A stretch of 58,856 nucleotides of DNA, taken from IMG/VR virus record IMGVR_UViG_3300033183_000442, positions 1 to 58,856 of that record; one strand, 5' to 3'. Shown here one piece after another: positions 9,415 to 18,927 of the stretch. The notes beneath the pieces were generated by a model that worked only from the letters and a program-made list of their open reading frames with translations, was not told the origin of the DNA and did no database searches. The stretch's first letter is position 1; each line of letters begins with the position of its first letter. The stretch comes from a virus (Duplodnaviria > Caudoviricetes). Made by a program: the position numbers and the translations under genes.

Positions 9415-10631
9415 GAACGATACCTCGATACCTCTGGTTCAATCAGAACTGGGATTGTCCCATGATAACCGCTCAATTTATTTTTACTGACCGTCAGGAA
9501 CCGAGTGTTATCGGGTTCGCCATCATCATTGTCACCGCTGTGTTTACCGATGCCAATGATCAGATCCGCTTCTGCGGCTTTGCCAGTTTTTGATCCCTCA
9601 GCCATTGAGAAATCAACCCTGGTTTTGCCCTCCGCATCGGCAGATGCCTGAGAGATACCGATCAATGCACATTGGTGCCGCTTGGCCAGTTCCCGTAATC
9701 GCCGATATAATTCTCGGAACCGTTCATGGGTGGCATTGTAATGGCCGGATACGCCAACCTTATCCGCCTGATCTATAACCAGCACATCGGGCTTCATCTT
9801 GCGGCAGTAGGCGTCGATGCGATCTAAATCCCAATCCACAACGTCCTTCATCTCCAAGTTATCCTTGGCACAGAAGAAGCCACTGACGGCCTTTTTGGGA
9901 TCAGCGATGACCTGATGGATATCCATCCCAGCCGCAGCTTGATAGGCCCTCAGCATAGTGCGCTCGGTATCTTCCTCATTGCCGAGGTAAACCACCTTGG
10001 CGCCCTGATCACAGAAGCCACCTGGGCCAGCCATCAACGACACAAGAAACGCCGTTTTACCTGTTTCTGGTCGAGCGAGTAGAACCATAAATTCGCCTGG
10101 GCCGATGCCGTAGACACAGGTGCTAAGGCTGTTGATGTTGAACTGCCAACGGGAAGCGTTGGAAGATCGCTTGAGCAGGGTGGGCAGGTCCTTGGTGGTG
10201 GTATCACCAAAATCATCCGGCAGATAACTATCAGCCACCCGTTCCATTAATGCCTGCAACTGCGTCATCGCATTGGTTTCGCCTTCAGATAGGCGGATAC
10301 CAAGGTCAGCGATTTGGCGACCAGTTTCCTTGCGCCACAGTTTTTCGATTACATCTGTCGCAATGTCTTGGCTGTAGGGTTGAGCATTTTTCAGATCGGA
10401 AATTACGTCTTGAAAATCGGCTCGTTCAGCATTTGTTGCAACAGGGTTGTCAGCGACCCATAGGGCCAGAATTTCGTCGGGAAGAATGTCATGTTGGTAT
10501 TTGGTATGGGCTTGGCCCAGAATGTCATAAACCTCCGCAGCATCGTCGCTAAAGATGGATCGCTTTAAACGATTGCGATTGCTCTTGTAACTGTCCGTTG
10601 CGAGGAGGGTGGCAAGTAATTGCATTTCCAT
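9411..10631 (-). CDS. DnaB-like SF4 helicase
   Basis: Walker A ARPETGKT, VIDQ, SQ, SKNK; start moved to the ATG at 10631 after a GGAGGG RBS. Confidence 0.9.
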   Translation of the reverse strand: MEMQLLATLLATDSYKSNRNRLKRSIFSDDAAEVYDILGQAHTKYQHDILPDEILALWVADNPVATNAERADFQDVISDLKNAQPYSQDIATDVIEKLWRKETGRQIADLGIRLSEGETNAMTQLQALMERVADSYLPDDFGDTTTKDLPTLLKRSSNASRWQFNINSLSTCVYGIGPGEFMVLLARPETGKTAFLVSLMAGPGGFCDQGAKVVYLGNEEDTERTMLRAYQAAAGMDIHQVIADPKKAVSGFFCAKDNLEMKDVVDWDLDRIDAYCRKMKPDVLVIDQADKVGVSGHYNATHERFRELYRRLRELAKRHQCALIGISQASADAEGKTRVDFSMAEGSKTGKAAEADLIIGIGKHSGDNDDGEPDNTRFLTVSKNKLSGYHGTIPVLIEPEVSRYRS

Positions 10632-10656
10632 ATCATGGCCCTCCAATTTATTGGTG

Positions 10657-10685
10657 AATATATTGGATACCAAAACATGAGGCAA
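10657..10685 (-). promoter_or_regulatory. sigma70-type promoter of helicase-polA
   Basis: TTGCCT-N17-TATATT. Confidence 0.55.
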
Positions 10686-10720
10686 AAATAAAGCCCCAAT
10701 CTTGCGATCAGGGCTTAAAA
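10684..10720 (-). terminator. intrinsic terminator
   Basis: AAGCCC/GGGCTT stem followed by a U-rich tract on the minus strand. Confidence 0.55.
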
Positions 10721-10735
10721 TTTTTTGCGCTGGGC

Positions 10736-11257
10736 TTAGGCTGGATGTTTGCCGCCCCAGTTAGCAGTTGACTGGGTCGAGTTCTGTCTCCAAGTTTCTT
10801 CCCGCAGTTTGATCTCGATCAACATGCCACCCTTGTCCCGCTCCAAATCTCTTACAAATTGGTTTTGCAGAACTTTTGGTAATCGATTGATTGGCATAGT
10901 TGTGAATTTGGCCGCTTCCTTTTCCTCAAGGCACTCCAACCACACTTCTTTTTCATCATATCCCCTTACTTGGAACATCATGAACTTGGTTGATGTAGCG
11001 TAACTGCCCCGAGTACCTCTGAATACGATTTGATTCAAATCACCTGTGGCACCTCTGCGTTCTTGCATTGGCATATCAGCCTGATCCAGTGTGATTGTTA
11101 CTTTTTCAGCAACTTCGGGATGTGTATCCGCTAAGTAGTCTTCAAACTGTTTGCTGAATTCTTTCAAGGCTTTTTTGAATAGATAGGCTTCATCAATTCC
11201 ACCCTCTAATTCGATGTCGTACACAATTACGCCTCTATACGGCTTTCCTTCAGACAT
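10736..11257 (-). CDS. hypothetical phage protein
   Basis: 173-aa ORF with GAGG RBS. Confidence 0.75.
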   Translation of the reverse strand: MSEGKPYRGVIVYDIELEGGIDEAYLFKKALKEFSKQFEDYLADTHPEVAEKVTITLDQADMPMQERRGATGDLNQIVFRGTRGSYATSTKFMMFQVRGYDEKEVWLECLEEKEAAKFTTMPINRLPKVLQNQFVRDLERDKGGMLIEIKLREETWRQNSTQSTANWGGKHPA

Positions 11258-11319
11258 ATTTCCTCACTCTACCCTATGCAGGGTTTGCTCCATACTTGGT
11301 CAGCGGTTTATTGTTATGA

Positions 11320-12105
11320 TTAGATCCGCAGTATTTGTTTCAGTTCGCTGGTTGAACACTCTTTCGGGTCCTTGCCTGTTATCCGTAAACGGATATCGCC
11401 TCGTAGTTTTTTTGTTATAGCCAATGCCTTCCTGGAGGCATCGTTGTCTAACACTATATACACCTGTTTATAACTTTGTAAATTATTTTCTAATATATTG
11501 GTTAAATTAGTTCCCAATAATGCAACACCTGTTAATCCATCAATTCTGGAAACAGAGCAGGCGCTTGCAACATCTTCCACAGCAACTGCTATATCAGTGT
11601 CACCAACGGTGATGCCTGAACTGACATCGCCATATGAAATCCACTTGGGGCCGTATCCACCTAGGGCGGGGATAACTCTACCCACAGCGCCTGAATTATC
11701 ATTGTTGTAAAACAGCACTCGTTTTTCCCGAGGCGCATAGCGGACTTTGATCAGCCCTGCTTCGACGGCCTCAAGGGAGTTGGTGCTGATGAGGTATTTG
11801 CGCACTTCTGACTGATGGTCAAAGTGTGTGGTAATTTCAGGGACTGGTAGATTACGAGCGATGCGTTTAACGCTTCGATCTTTAGCAAGCGAATTCTTGG
11901 CTGCTTCAATTGATCTGTCGCCATCGTATTTCCCTCGGACGGTGCAAGATGCCCGGAAACAATTCCATAGGATTTCACCAGTTGCAAGGCGATCCACTGT
12001 GAACTTTTTATAACCGCCGCAGAACGGGCAATTCATGGTCCTGTGTTCACCCACCTTCATGTGGAGTTGTTTAACGATGTTGAGTTGTTCTGGATATGAA
12101 AACAT
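11320..12105 (-). CDS. DNA primase (zinc-binding domain + TOPRIM)
   Basis: CPFC...CFRASC; VEDV, ALLGT, LDND, DPK. Confidence 0.85.
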   Translation of the reverse strand: MFSYPEQLNIVKQLHMKVGEHRTMNCPFCGGYKKFTVDRLATGEILWNCFRASCTVRGKYDGDRSIEAAKNSLAKDRSVKRIARNLPVPEITTHFDHQSEVRKYLISTNSLEAVEAGLIKVRYAPREKRVLFYNNDNSGAVGRVIPALGGYGPKWISYGDVSSGITVGDTDIAVAVEDVASACSVSRIDGLTGVALLGTNLTNILENNLQSYKQVYIVLDNDASRKALAITKKLRGDIRLRITGKDPKECSTSELKQILRI

Positions 12106-12165
12106 GTCTGAGAATCCGAGGCCCCGCCTGGTAGGAGGTCAGACGGGGCCGGAGGTTGCGGTGGG

Positions 12166-12633
12166 TTAGGCCGCAGGTGTTGGCAGCATCAGCCGATCAT
12201 AATCATACAGCTCTTGGAAAATCGTAATGATTTCCATTGGCAGGTATTTTAGCGGATACGAATGATGTTCACCGTCGAAGTATTTGCCGCCAAAATCTTG
12301 GCCAATGGTGTCCACATAAAATGCTTCCACCATGATCCCTTCGTCGGTGAGGATTTCATAGGCGCCAAGTGGTGCCGCCCATGGGCTTTCAAACTGAAGG
12401 TTCAGCGTCACCACACCTTCATCGAAGTACAGATCATCGTTGTCGATCAGGTCAGGGTATGGGTCCCGAATATCCCATTTTGTACCCCATGCCTCTATTG
12501 CCCGATCAGCGGCAAATCTCGACAGCGGTTTGATCTCCTGGAGGAAACGGCCCTCCCGGGCCGCTCCGGCTAGGCAAGCAAGACGATTTCTCGGTCCGAC
12601 CAGACGCAAAATGTTATCAACCATGTTTGGCAT
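12166..12633 (-). CDS. DUF1281/YubB-like protein
   Basis: MPN..DN.L start, WGTKWD, F.SPWAAP. Confidence 0.7.
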   Translation of the reverse strand: MPNMVDNILRLVGPRNRLACLAGAAREGRFLQEIKPLSRFAADRAIEAWGTKWDIRDPYPDLIDNDDLYFDEGVVTLNLQFESPWAAPLGAYEILTDEGIMVEAFYVDTIGQDFGGKYFDGEHHSYPLKYLPMEIITIFQELYDYDRLMLPTPAA

Positions 12634-12634
12634 A

Positions 12635-13144
12635 TTAGCGATCCCCCGTTACTGCGGGTTTCGCTTCGAAGCGTAAACCAAGTTCGCTGCGGATGACTGA
12701 CAACGGTTTCCCGCAATCCAATGCCTCTGCACCCAGACCAAGAGTGTAGCACTCATTAAACGCATCCAGGACATTTTCTGGGTCAATTCGGGCGTCCCAC
12801 ATTTGGAACTGCCCATTGTTGTATTCACACAGAAAATTGCGATCCCGTTCAAAGCTGTAAGTGTGCAGCCCTGCCAGTTGCCCTTCGATTTTGCGAAAGG
12901 CCCCCAGAAGGATGTCGGTGCTTTGAAAATGCGCCTTAAGTACTGAGTATTCTTGGTCGAAGCCAGGTATTTGAACTCTGGTTTTGTAGGGTTCAACCCA
13001 AACGTTGCCAGATTCAATGTGACTGCCGCCGATACGAAATTTACGCATTTTCGTAGCAATTTTCTCGACCTGCTCTCGTTCGCCGATAGCATTGATCATG
13101 TTCTGTACAAGCGTAAAATCAAGCATAGAAACCTCCCCGTCCAA
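12635..13144 (-). CDS. hypothetical phage protein
   Basis: ORF coupled to its neighbours; N.I.AIG.R start weakly resembles the adjacent YubB-like protein. Confidence 0.65.
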   Translation of the reverse strand: MDGEVSMLDFTLVQNMINAIGEREQVEKIATKMRKFRIGGSHIESGNVWVEPYKTRVQIPGFDQEYSVLKAHFQSTDILLGAFRKIEGQLAGLHTYSFERDRNFLCEYNNGQFQMWDARIDPENVLDAFNECYTLGLGAEALDCGKPLSVIRSELGLRFEAKPAVTGDR

Positions 13145-14069
13145 AGAAGAATGGTGATGAAACTAGGCCAGCCATCCACTTTTTACGAAGGGCCAAAGTT
13201 TCACCAACATTATCTGCCTTAGCAGCGTTTTTGACGGGGAATGCTTCAGCGTCACATGCATAATCTGCAACCGCCATCATAAAGGCGAACTTGTTGGTTC
13301 CCATTTCTGGGACCGTCACCTGAATGTACTGATCAAGAATGTCCGCAATGACTGTGTCCGTCATTTTGGTGTACATCTCCAAAGCGTTGCGACATTGCTC
13401 AAGATTTACCTTGTGATCCGCAAGTTCCTGAAGTGCCTGCACCGCTTTTGGGAATTCCATGAGCGTATAACGCAAATGCGCTTCAATCGGTTCAGGCCCG
13501 AAGTTACCGACATGACGCTGGCTCTTTGCTGCCTTATTACCAAAACTCAGGATGTTACCTGTGGTCTCGCACTCAGCACCCATAATGGTGATTACCGCAT
13601 TTTGTGCGGCGTTTTTCACCATAATTACAGGGCTGCAATGTGTTTCCCAACCATTTGCAGTTTTAAGTTTGAAACGAAAATCCTTCAGTTTCAAACGCAA
13701 CTCGTTGTAAGCGTAGCCATTCTCTACGATTTCATCGAGTGTCACATTCTGCAAAAATTTGGGCGGAAGCAATTTTTCCAGCGCATCAGTGATGATGCCA
13801 TACAGTTCGCCGTTTGGCACAGGTCTGTATTTGTCATCTACTAAGTAGATTGGATCGCCAGTTTCTGCATTGCATAGCAAATTGTTGGGTAAACCTCTGC
13901 GATCTTCGAGGAGTTCAGCGAACCCCATGTCATTGAGCGCATAAACGCCTTTGAAGGTCAGTCCATAATCTGCGATAGTTAGTGCAGGAAATTTTGCCTT
14001 CAGGTCTTTTTCCTGCGGGTTTGCAGCGACAGGCGCTGTTTGCGGATACTTGTGTGTCTGCATATTCAT
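13119..14069 (-). CDS. DUF932-like early protein
   Basis: V.DKYRPVPN.E and RH.G motifs; start set at ATG 14069 after GGAG. Confidence 0.55.
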   Translation of the reverse strand: MNMQTHKYPQTAPVAANPQEKDLKAKFPALTIADYGLTFKGVYALNDMGFAELLEDRRGLPNNLLCNAETGDPIYLVDDKYRPVPNGELYGIITDALEKLLPPKFLQNVTLDEIVENGYAYNELRLKLKDFRFKLKTANGWETHCSPVIMVKNAAQNAVITIMGAECETTGNILSFGNKAAKSQRHVGNFGPEPIEAHLRYTLMEFPKAVQALQELADHKVNLEQCRNALEMYTKMTDTVIADILDQYIQVTVPEMGTNKFAFMMAVADYACDAEAFPVKNAAKADNVGETLALRKKWMAGLVSSPFFFGRGGFYA

Positions 14070-14173
14070 TTGTAATAGTTCTCCGGTACTTGGGCTACTT
14101 TGGCCCGTTGAAGTGTGCGAGGGCACTCATTGCCCCCGCTTTTGGATTGGTTGGCGCTGGTTAGGCGCCGCAG

Positions 14174-14191
14174 TCGGTTCGCTGGATAAGA
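14174..14191 (-). promoter_or_regulatory. predicted sRNA target in the leftward early operon leader
   Basis: mRNA-sense TCTTATCCAGCGAACCGA is 18/18 identical to + strand 54333-54350. Confidence 0.75.
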
Positions 14192-14224
14192 TTGCGAAAC
14201 TTGACTGGTGCCGTTGTGGCGGAC

Positions 14225-14390
14225 TTTTGTGACAGTTCGATGACGGTTTTGTAACAGTTTTGTGAAATGTGCTGGTTCTCATAACCTAATGGTCTCAGGC
14301 CCACCAATGTTTTCAATGGTTTAGCTTTCAGTGCGCTGCCAGTGTATTCACAAAAATATTCAAATCCCTTCGTCATTTTTTGTCACTTAG
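14225..14390. other. probable relic attP of the second integrase: tRNA(CAT)-like fragment with arm-like repeats
   Basis: CTCATAACC..GGTC.CAGG-CCCACCA at 14278-14306; 11-bp-period TTTTGT(G/A)A repeats at 14225-14268; IHF-like TTTCAATGGTTTA. Confidence 0.55.
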
Positions 14391-14507
14391 CCGGGTTTTC
14401 TGCCATATTTTCGACGGATTTCGTCTTCATTGGCCAATAACCAAGCAATCTGTTCCCGAATTTCGTCTTCAAAACGTTGTTCGGCAGTGCGCTCTCCAAA
14501 TAATCGG

Positions 14508-15641
14508 TCAAGCGACTTGGGTCGTTTGGGTGTTTCCATGTATTTCTCCTGTGTTGTTTATACGCTTCTGTTGAGCCGCCGCAGCCATGGCGGATGTTGG
14601 CACAACGTAGGTGGACACAACCTGGCGGGATTTATGTCCAGTGACGGATCTGATCTCATCCTCGGTACAACCGCTTTCGCCTAAGACGGTTGCACCTGAA
14701 CGGCGCAGATCAGACAGTTTCAACTCTTCGGGCAATCCTGCCTTAGAGCGGATGAAGGCGGCTTTCTTGCGGTACAAGCGTTCGCTATACTGCTGTCCAG
14801 TCACTTCATATGGGGCAATGACATCGTCAAGTTGCTGGTTGGAGCGACCTGAGATCATTGTCATGCGTTGGGATAGAGCAGGGGTGGCGGGTATCTTTAC
14901 TGCCGCACCAGTTTTAGCCTGCTGAATAAAAAACGCCCCATCATTGTATGCAGACCAGCGTAAGCTGCGACAATCGATAGGGCGTTGGCATAATTCGTAT
15001 GCCATCAGTGCAATTGTGCCGATGCTTGGTATTCCACAGGCATCGGCGGTATCTATAAACGTCCGGAGATCATTAGGTGTCCAACGGACGGAGCGGGAAG
15101 GGGCTTGAGCAAGCCGAATGCCGCTGAATGGGTTTTTGATCAGCAATTCCATGTAAATTGCGCAATCCCAAACCGCAGACATGATGTTTATGGCGGTATT
15201 TGCGTAATTGATGGAATTGGTCGTTACCAACGCTGCATACAGCTTCTCGCCATATGCAACGTTGATATCGGTTGCGCTGGATAGATTGCGCATTGGTTGC
15301 AACCCATCGGGCGTCATTGTGGACACTGTATTAATAACGCTGCGATAGGTGCGACGACTGCCAGGCTTTAGCGAAGCCCAGCGGCTAGAAGCAAAGTAAG
15401 CGTCCAAGACATCTGCGTAAGAGGTAACCGCAGATTTAGCAGGGGAAGGAGAGAAACCCGTCTTTTTATACGCTTGAAATGCTTCGTCAGCCGCTTGGCA
15501 CTTCGCAAGTGCTGTAGGGAAATCAGCACACACCTCGAACGAATAGCCAAGTGCCTTCTGAAGAGATGCGCTTGGAGAAAACGCATAACGGCTGTCTCCC
15601 GATGCCGTCTGGTAAGTCTTCAGATATTTCACTTTGGCCAT
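14508..15641 (-). CDS. second tyrosine recombinase (HMO-2011-type integrase position)
   Basis: CQR, QAKTG, DLRRS, TGH, Y motifs; start at ATG 15641 after GGAGGG. Confidence 0.9.
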   Translation of the reverse strand: MAKVKYLKTYQTASGDSRYAFSPSASLQKALGYSFEVCADFPTALAKCQAADEAFQAYKKTGFSPSPAKSAVTSYADVLDAYFASSRWASLKPGSRRTYRSVINTVSTMTPDGLQPMRNLSSATDINVAYGEKLYAALVTTNSINYANTAINIMSAVWDCAIYMELLIKNPFSGIRLAQAPSRSVRWTPNDLRTFIDTADACGIPSIGTIALMAYELCQRPIDCRSLRWSAYNDGAFFIQQAKTGAAVKIPATPALSQRMTMISGRSNQQLDDVIAPYEVTGQQYSERLYRKKAAFIRSKAGLPEELKLSDLRRSGATVLGESGCTEDEIRSVTGHKSRQVVSTYVVPTSAMAAAAQQKRINNTGEIHGNTQTTQVA

Positions 15642-16016
15642 TTCGCCCTCCAGCAGTTGTTGCCCCACCATTACATCACAGTCGATCTACATCTGTCAAA
15701 ATGAAATGCAATATGAATATATTGGCAAAAAAATTCATTCATAAAACGTCAGATAGGACGACAATTTGATTACTTCAAGGTAGAATCGGAAAAAGCCCTT
15801 AAAACATGGCAAAAATTACTCGGGCGTCAAGCGTATGTATATACCTTATATATAGAGAGTGCTTAAATACAGATTGTGTTGAGGTGTAATATTAGTGCAC
15901 TTCATAGTGCATTTTATAAATTCACCAATAAATTCAAAAAGCTTGAATTTAAATTAAAAACAAAAGAATCTTTCGCTACGGCCCTTGCCTGACCAGCAAA
16001 CAAACGGGCCGCAACA

Positions 16017-16040
16017 TATCCAGCGAAAGGAGGCCCCAAT
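16017..16040 (+). promoter_or_regulatory. predicted sRNA target overlapping the RBS/start of the rightward early operon
   Basis: TATCCAGCGAA-AGGAG..CCAAT(G) versus TATCCAGCGAAccgAGGAGaCCAAT at 54336-54360. Confidence 0.7.
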
Positions 16041-16797
16041 GGGCTTTATTAATCTGACTCTAAAATCTCGTAATCAAAAAGTTGGCAAGGTGCCTGTTTC
16101 TACTTCCGGCAAACAAACTTGCCCGGACACCTGCCCATTAAAAGAGAGCGGCGCTTGCTACGCTGACGGTGGTCCGCTCTCATTATTTTGGGACAAGGTT
16201 TCAAAACAAGAAGCCGGGACCGACTATAACAGTTTTGTTGATGCAGTCCGGGGTTTGCCGGATGGTCAGTTTTGGCGCCACAATCAAGCCGGGGATTTAG
16301 CACCAACAAAAAGAGACCCCAACACAATCGACGCACCCGCTCTTGTGAAATTGGTGGAAGCCAACAAGGGCAAAATGGGATTCACATTCACACATTACGA
16401 CCCCATCAAAAACCTGATGAACGAGTTTGCAATTCATACTGCAAACAAAAACGGATTTACGATCAATCTATCCGGCAACAATGTTTTCCATGCTGATGAA
16501 CTGGCAAAGACAAAATGCGGCCCGGTGGTTTCCGTATTACCGCTTGAATATCAACGTCAGGGCAAAGGCAAAGAATTCACAGAAAGCCTGGACGCATACA
16601 AATCCCGGCTTGCTGATCTGCCCAAGACAACACCCGCAGGCAATCGCATTGTTATATGTCCGGCAACATATAAGGAGGGCATGTCATGCAATGACTGCCG
16701 CTTATGTGCAAAAGCCAATCGCAAGACAATTGTCGGTTTTCCTGCTCATGGCAGATCAAAACGCAAAGCGGACGCAATTGCGCAGGAGGTGGCATGA
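16039..16797 (+). CDS. Cys-rich phage early protein (gp88-like)
   Basis: SRNQKVG, TCP..CP.....CYA, RHNQAGD, CPA...C..C.LC, FPAHG; AGGAGG RBS before ATG 16039. Confidence 0.7.
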   Translation: MGFINLTLKSRNQKVGKVPVSTSGKQTCPDTCPLKESGACYADGGPLSLFWDKVSKQEAGTDYNSFVDAVRGLPDGQFWRHNQAGDLAPTKRDPNTIDAPALVKLVEANKGKMGFTFTHYDPIKNLMNEFAIHTANKNGFTINLSGNNVFHADELAKTKCGPVVSVLPLEYQRQGKGKEFTESLDAYKSRLADLPKTTPAGNRIVICPATYKEGMSCNDCRLCAKANRKTIVGFPAHGRSKRKADAIAQEVA

Positions 16798-16967
16798 TGG
16801 ATCATGAGATTTTCCAATATTGGGCCGCTGTCGATAAGCATCACAATAAGGTGGTGAACCTATTTGAAACCGAGAACCAAGGGAAAGATTGGTTCAAGTA
16901 TTACCGGGGCCGCTATCGCTTGGAATTGGCGCCTGTCGTTGTCGAACTGCAGGAGGGCAAACAATGA
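16794..16967 (+). CDS. small hypothetical protein
   Basis: ATGA overlap and AGGAGG RBS. Confidence 0.65.
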   Translation: MMDHEIFQYWAAVDKHHNKVVNLFETENQGKDWFKYYRGRYRLELAPVVVELQEGKQ

Positions 16968-17194
16968 GTGAAGTTTGTTTAACTGATGAACAATTCAAGG
17001 CTTTGCAAATGGATATTGCGGATGCCTTGTTACATGCTCAGATCATAGATCAAGCGTACTATTATATTGAAGACGACAATGGGCATGTGTCTTTAACAGA
17101 AGAGGGCCAAGAAGAATTCAACCGATGTCATGATCATGCAGAATTTATTTTGCTAGATAATGGCATCCGGAATGCAGAAGTAGCGCATGAGTGA
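16964..17194 (+). CDS. small acidic hypothetical protein
   Basis: ATGA overlap and AGGAGG RBS. Confidence 0.7.
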   Translation: MSEVCLTDEQFKALQMDIADALLHAQIIDQAYYYIEDDNGHVSLTEEGQEEFNRCHDHAEFILLDNGIRNAEVAHE

Positions 17195-17295
17195 ATTCTA
17201 TAGGGTTTATGGATTTTTCTGTTTCTATGCGCACCTATATTTGATGCTGACATAGATCCGGAGAAGCGATAGCATACAAGCAAAGGGGAATGAAA

Positions 17296-17454
17296 ATGCT
17301 TGATACAGTTCAAAAACAGGATGTCATTGATCGCTTGGAAGAAGCCTTAGCACTCAGTGACCCGAACAAGGTGATTGCTGAAATAAAGCAATTTAAAACC
17401 GAGCTTGGGCGTAAATGGCGCCGCATTGAATTGGATGGCGAAGACAAAGACTAA
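17296..17454 (+). CDS. 52-aa hypothetical protein (below the ORF-track cutoff)
   Basis: MLDTVQKQDVIDRLEEAL...; AGGGG RBS; followed by a terminator. Confidence 0.6.
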   Translation: MLDTVQKQDVIDRLEEALALSDPNKVIAEIKQFKTELGRKWRRIELDGEDKD

Positions 17455-17477
17455 CTTCACCAGTAGCAAAACAAATT

Positions 17478-17509
17478 AGCCCGCCTATTGAGCGGGCTTT
17501 TTTATTTTT
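17478..17509 (+). terminator. intrinsic terminator
   Basis: AGCCCGC/GCGGGCT stem followed by a T-tract. Confidence 0.8.
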
Positions 17510-17514
17510 GGGCT

Positions 17515-17931
17515 TCAGCTAATCGATAGATAAATTATGATTGCGACAAGCCCGCACCAAATTAAAACTAGGGGCCAATTTTGGAACAGGCCATCATCTA
17601 TAATTTCACCTAATAGCGTTCTAAAAAATGGGTGCTTTCCTGTGCTTCCGGGCCATTTCGTTCCGCAGGAGGGACAATGTTTAGCATCAGGTGCAACTTT
17701 GGATGCGCAAAAATAGCAATTTTTGGGTGTTAGCAATAATCGCTCTTTAACTGCTCTCAACTTCCGTTTTTTCGCTACCTTTTGAAATTTCTTGCTGCTG
17801 TTGCCGCAGATATTGCACTCAGTGACAAAGCCATGTTGGCCAGTCACATAATATCCCATTTCACCACAAGCCTCGCAGGGGATCATAAATTGGGGATATG
17901 CATCATATCCGGGATCATTCCATCTAGTCAT
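17515..17931 (-). CDS. zinc-ribbon protein with C-terminal membrane anchor
   Basis: four CxxC pairs; hydrophobic C-terminus. Confidence 0.65.
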   Translation of the reverse strand: MTRWNDPGYDAYPQFMIPCEACGEMGYYVTGQHGFVTECNICGNSSKKFQKVAKKRKLRAVKERLLLTPKNCYFCASKVAPDAKHCPSCGTKWPGSTGKHPFFRTLLGEIIDDGLFQNWPLVLIWCGLVAIIIYLSIS

Positions 17932-18442
17932 GATTTCATACTTCCACAGGCCCCACCCACCCGCAAATAAAATCTATCAACTATGTGTGCGCCGCAGTTT
18001 TTTCTGATGAATGCCCGGTCAATTCCAGTTTGTAGAATGGCTTTGTGGAATGGTTTCAGCTTTTCCCTTATTTTACTGGGGTTTTTATACTGGGGCCGTA
18101 AATTATCAGTTAACGGCCCCTAAAAACTGGCCTAAAACGTCAATAAAATATGGCTTTTGTGCAACATTCACCAACTATTTTGGGGGGCATGTGCCGGGCC
18201 GGGTGTACCGGGTACCGTATACAACTCCTGCCTATTTTCAGCATTTTCAGACCGTAAAGTTGCCCCTTTATCCGCAACCCCCTGCGGACCCAGATACGCA
18301 ATCTGTCAAAATCCCATATCGGCGCTGCGGGGAATTTACATTTTGATCTGTAAAATTGAAAAATATTGATCACTAATCGGGTGGAACTGCATAGTGAATA
18401 AATGAAATTGCCTAAAATAAACTGAGGAGGTATATTTTTGAG

Positions 18443-18883
18443 ATGCTGTCGTATTCTATCATAAAAATGGGTTTTAGCTTTTTTATTTTAATCCCCTTTC
18501 TCTCAACAATTTTCAGCATTGTATTGGTATTGTTTGTAGGCAGAGAAAGCTCGCTATTACGGAGCCAATATCAAAATAAGCTTCTTTTATTAATTGGGGC
18601 AGCTATCATTATTAACATATTAGGTCAGCTAGGATACTTGGGCAGACCAATCACTTTAGATCAAGTAAACGGTAAAGAAATCACAGCTCCCTTTCATTTA
18701 ATTTCCACTGTATTCATACCAACGATGATCTTTGCTGTTTGTGTCAGATATGCAGCAAAGCGATTGAAAGGCATGGGCTATAATAGATTTTTAAGTTTGC
18801 TTGCAGTTGTGCCAGTGTTTGGTCCTTGTTTTTTATTTTGGCTTGCACTCACAGTAAAGGAACGAGCTTCTGTGGGGTCATAG
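18443..18883 (+). CDS. DUF805-like integral membrane protein (AT-rich moron)
   Basis: about four TM segments; AKRLKGMG.....LL..VP..G motif. Confidence 0.65.
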   Translation: MLSYSIIKMGFSFFILIPFLSTIFSIVLVLFVGRESSLLRSQYQNKLLLLIGAAIIINILGQLGYLGRPITLDQVNGKEITAPFHLISTVFIPTMIFAVCVRYAAKRLKGMGYNRFLSLLAVVPVFGPCFLFWLALTVKERASVGS

Positions 18884-18927
18884 GATACTTAAAACGTCAG
18901 TATGTCGTAGTTTGAAAGGTACAACTA

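Noticed and set aside
14278-14306. Functional phage tRNA
   Set aside because: Only a fragment; the 5' half and T-loop are missing.
18011-18373. Three overlapping short ORFs
   Set aside because: No RBS or motif support and mutually overlapping; probably non-coding.
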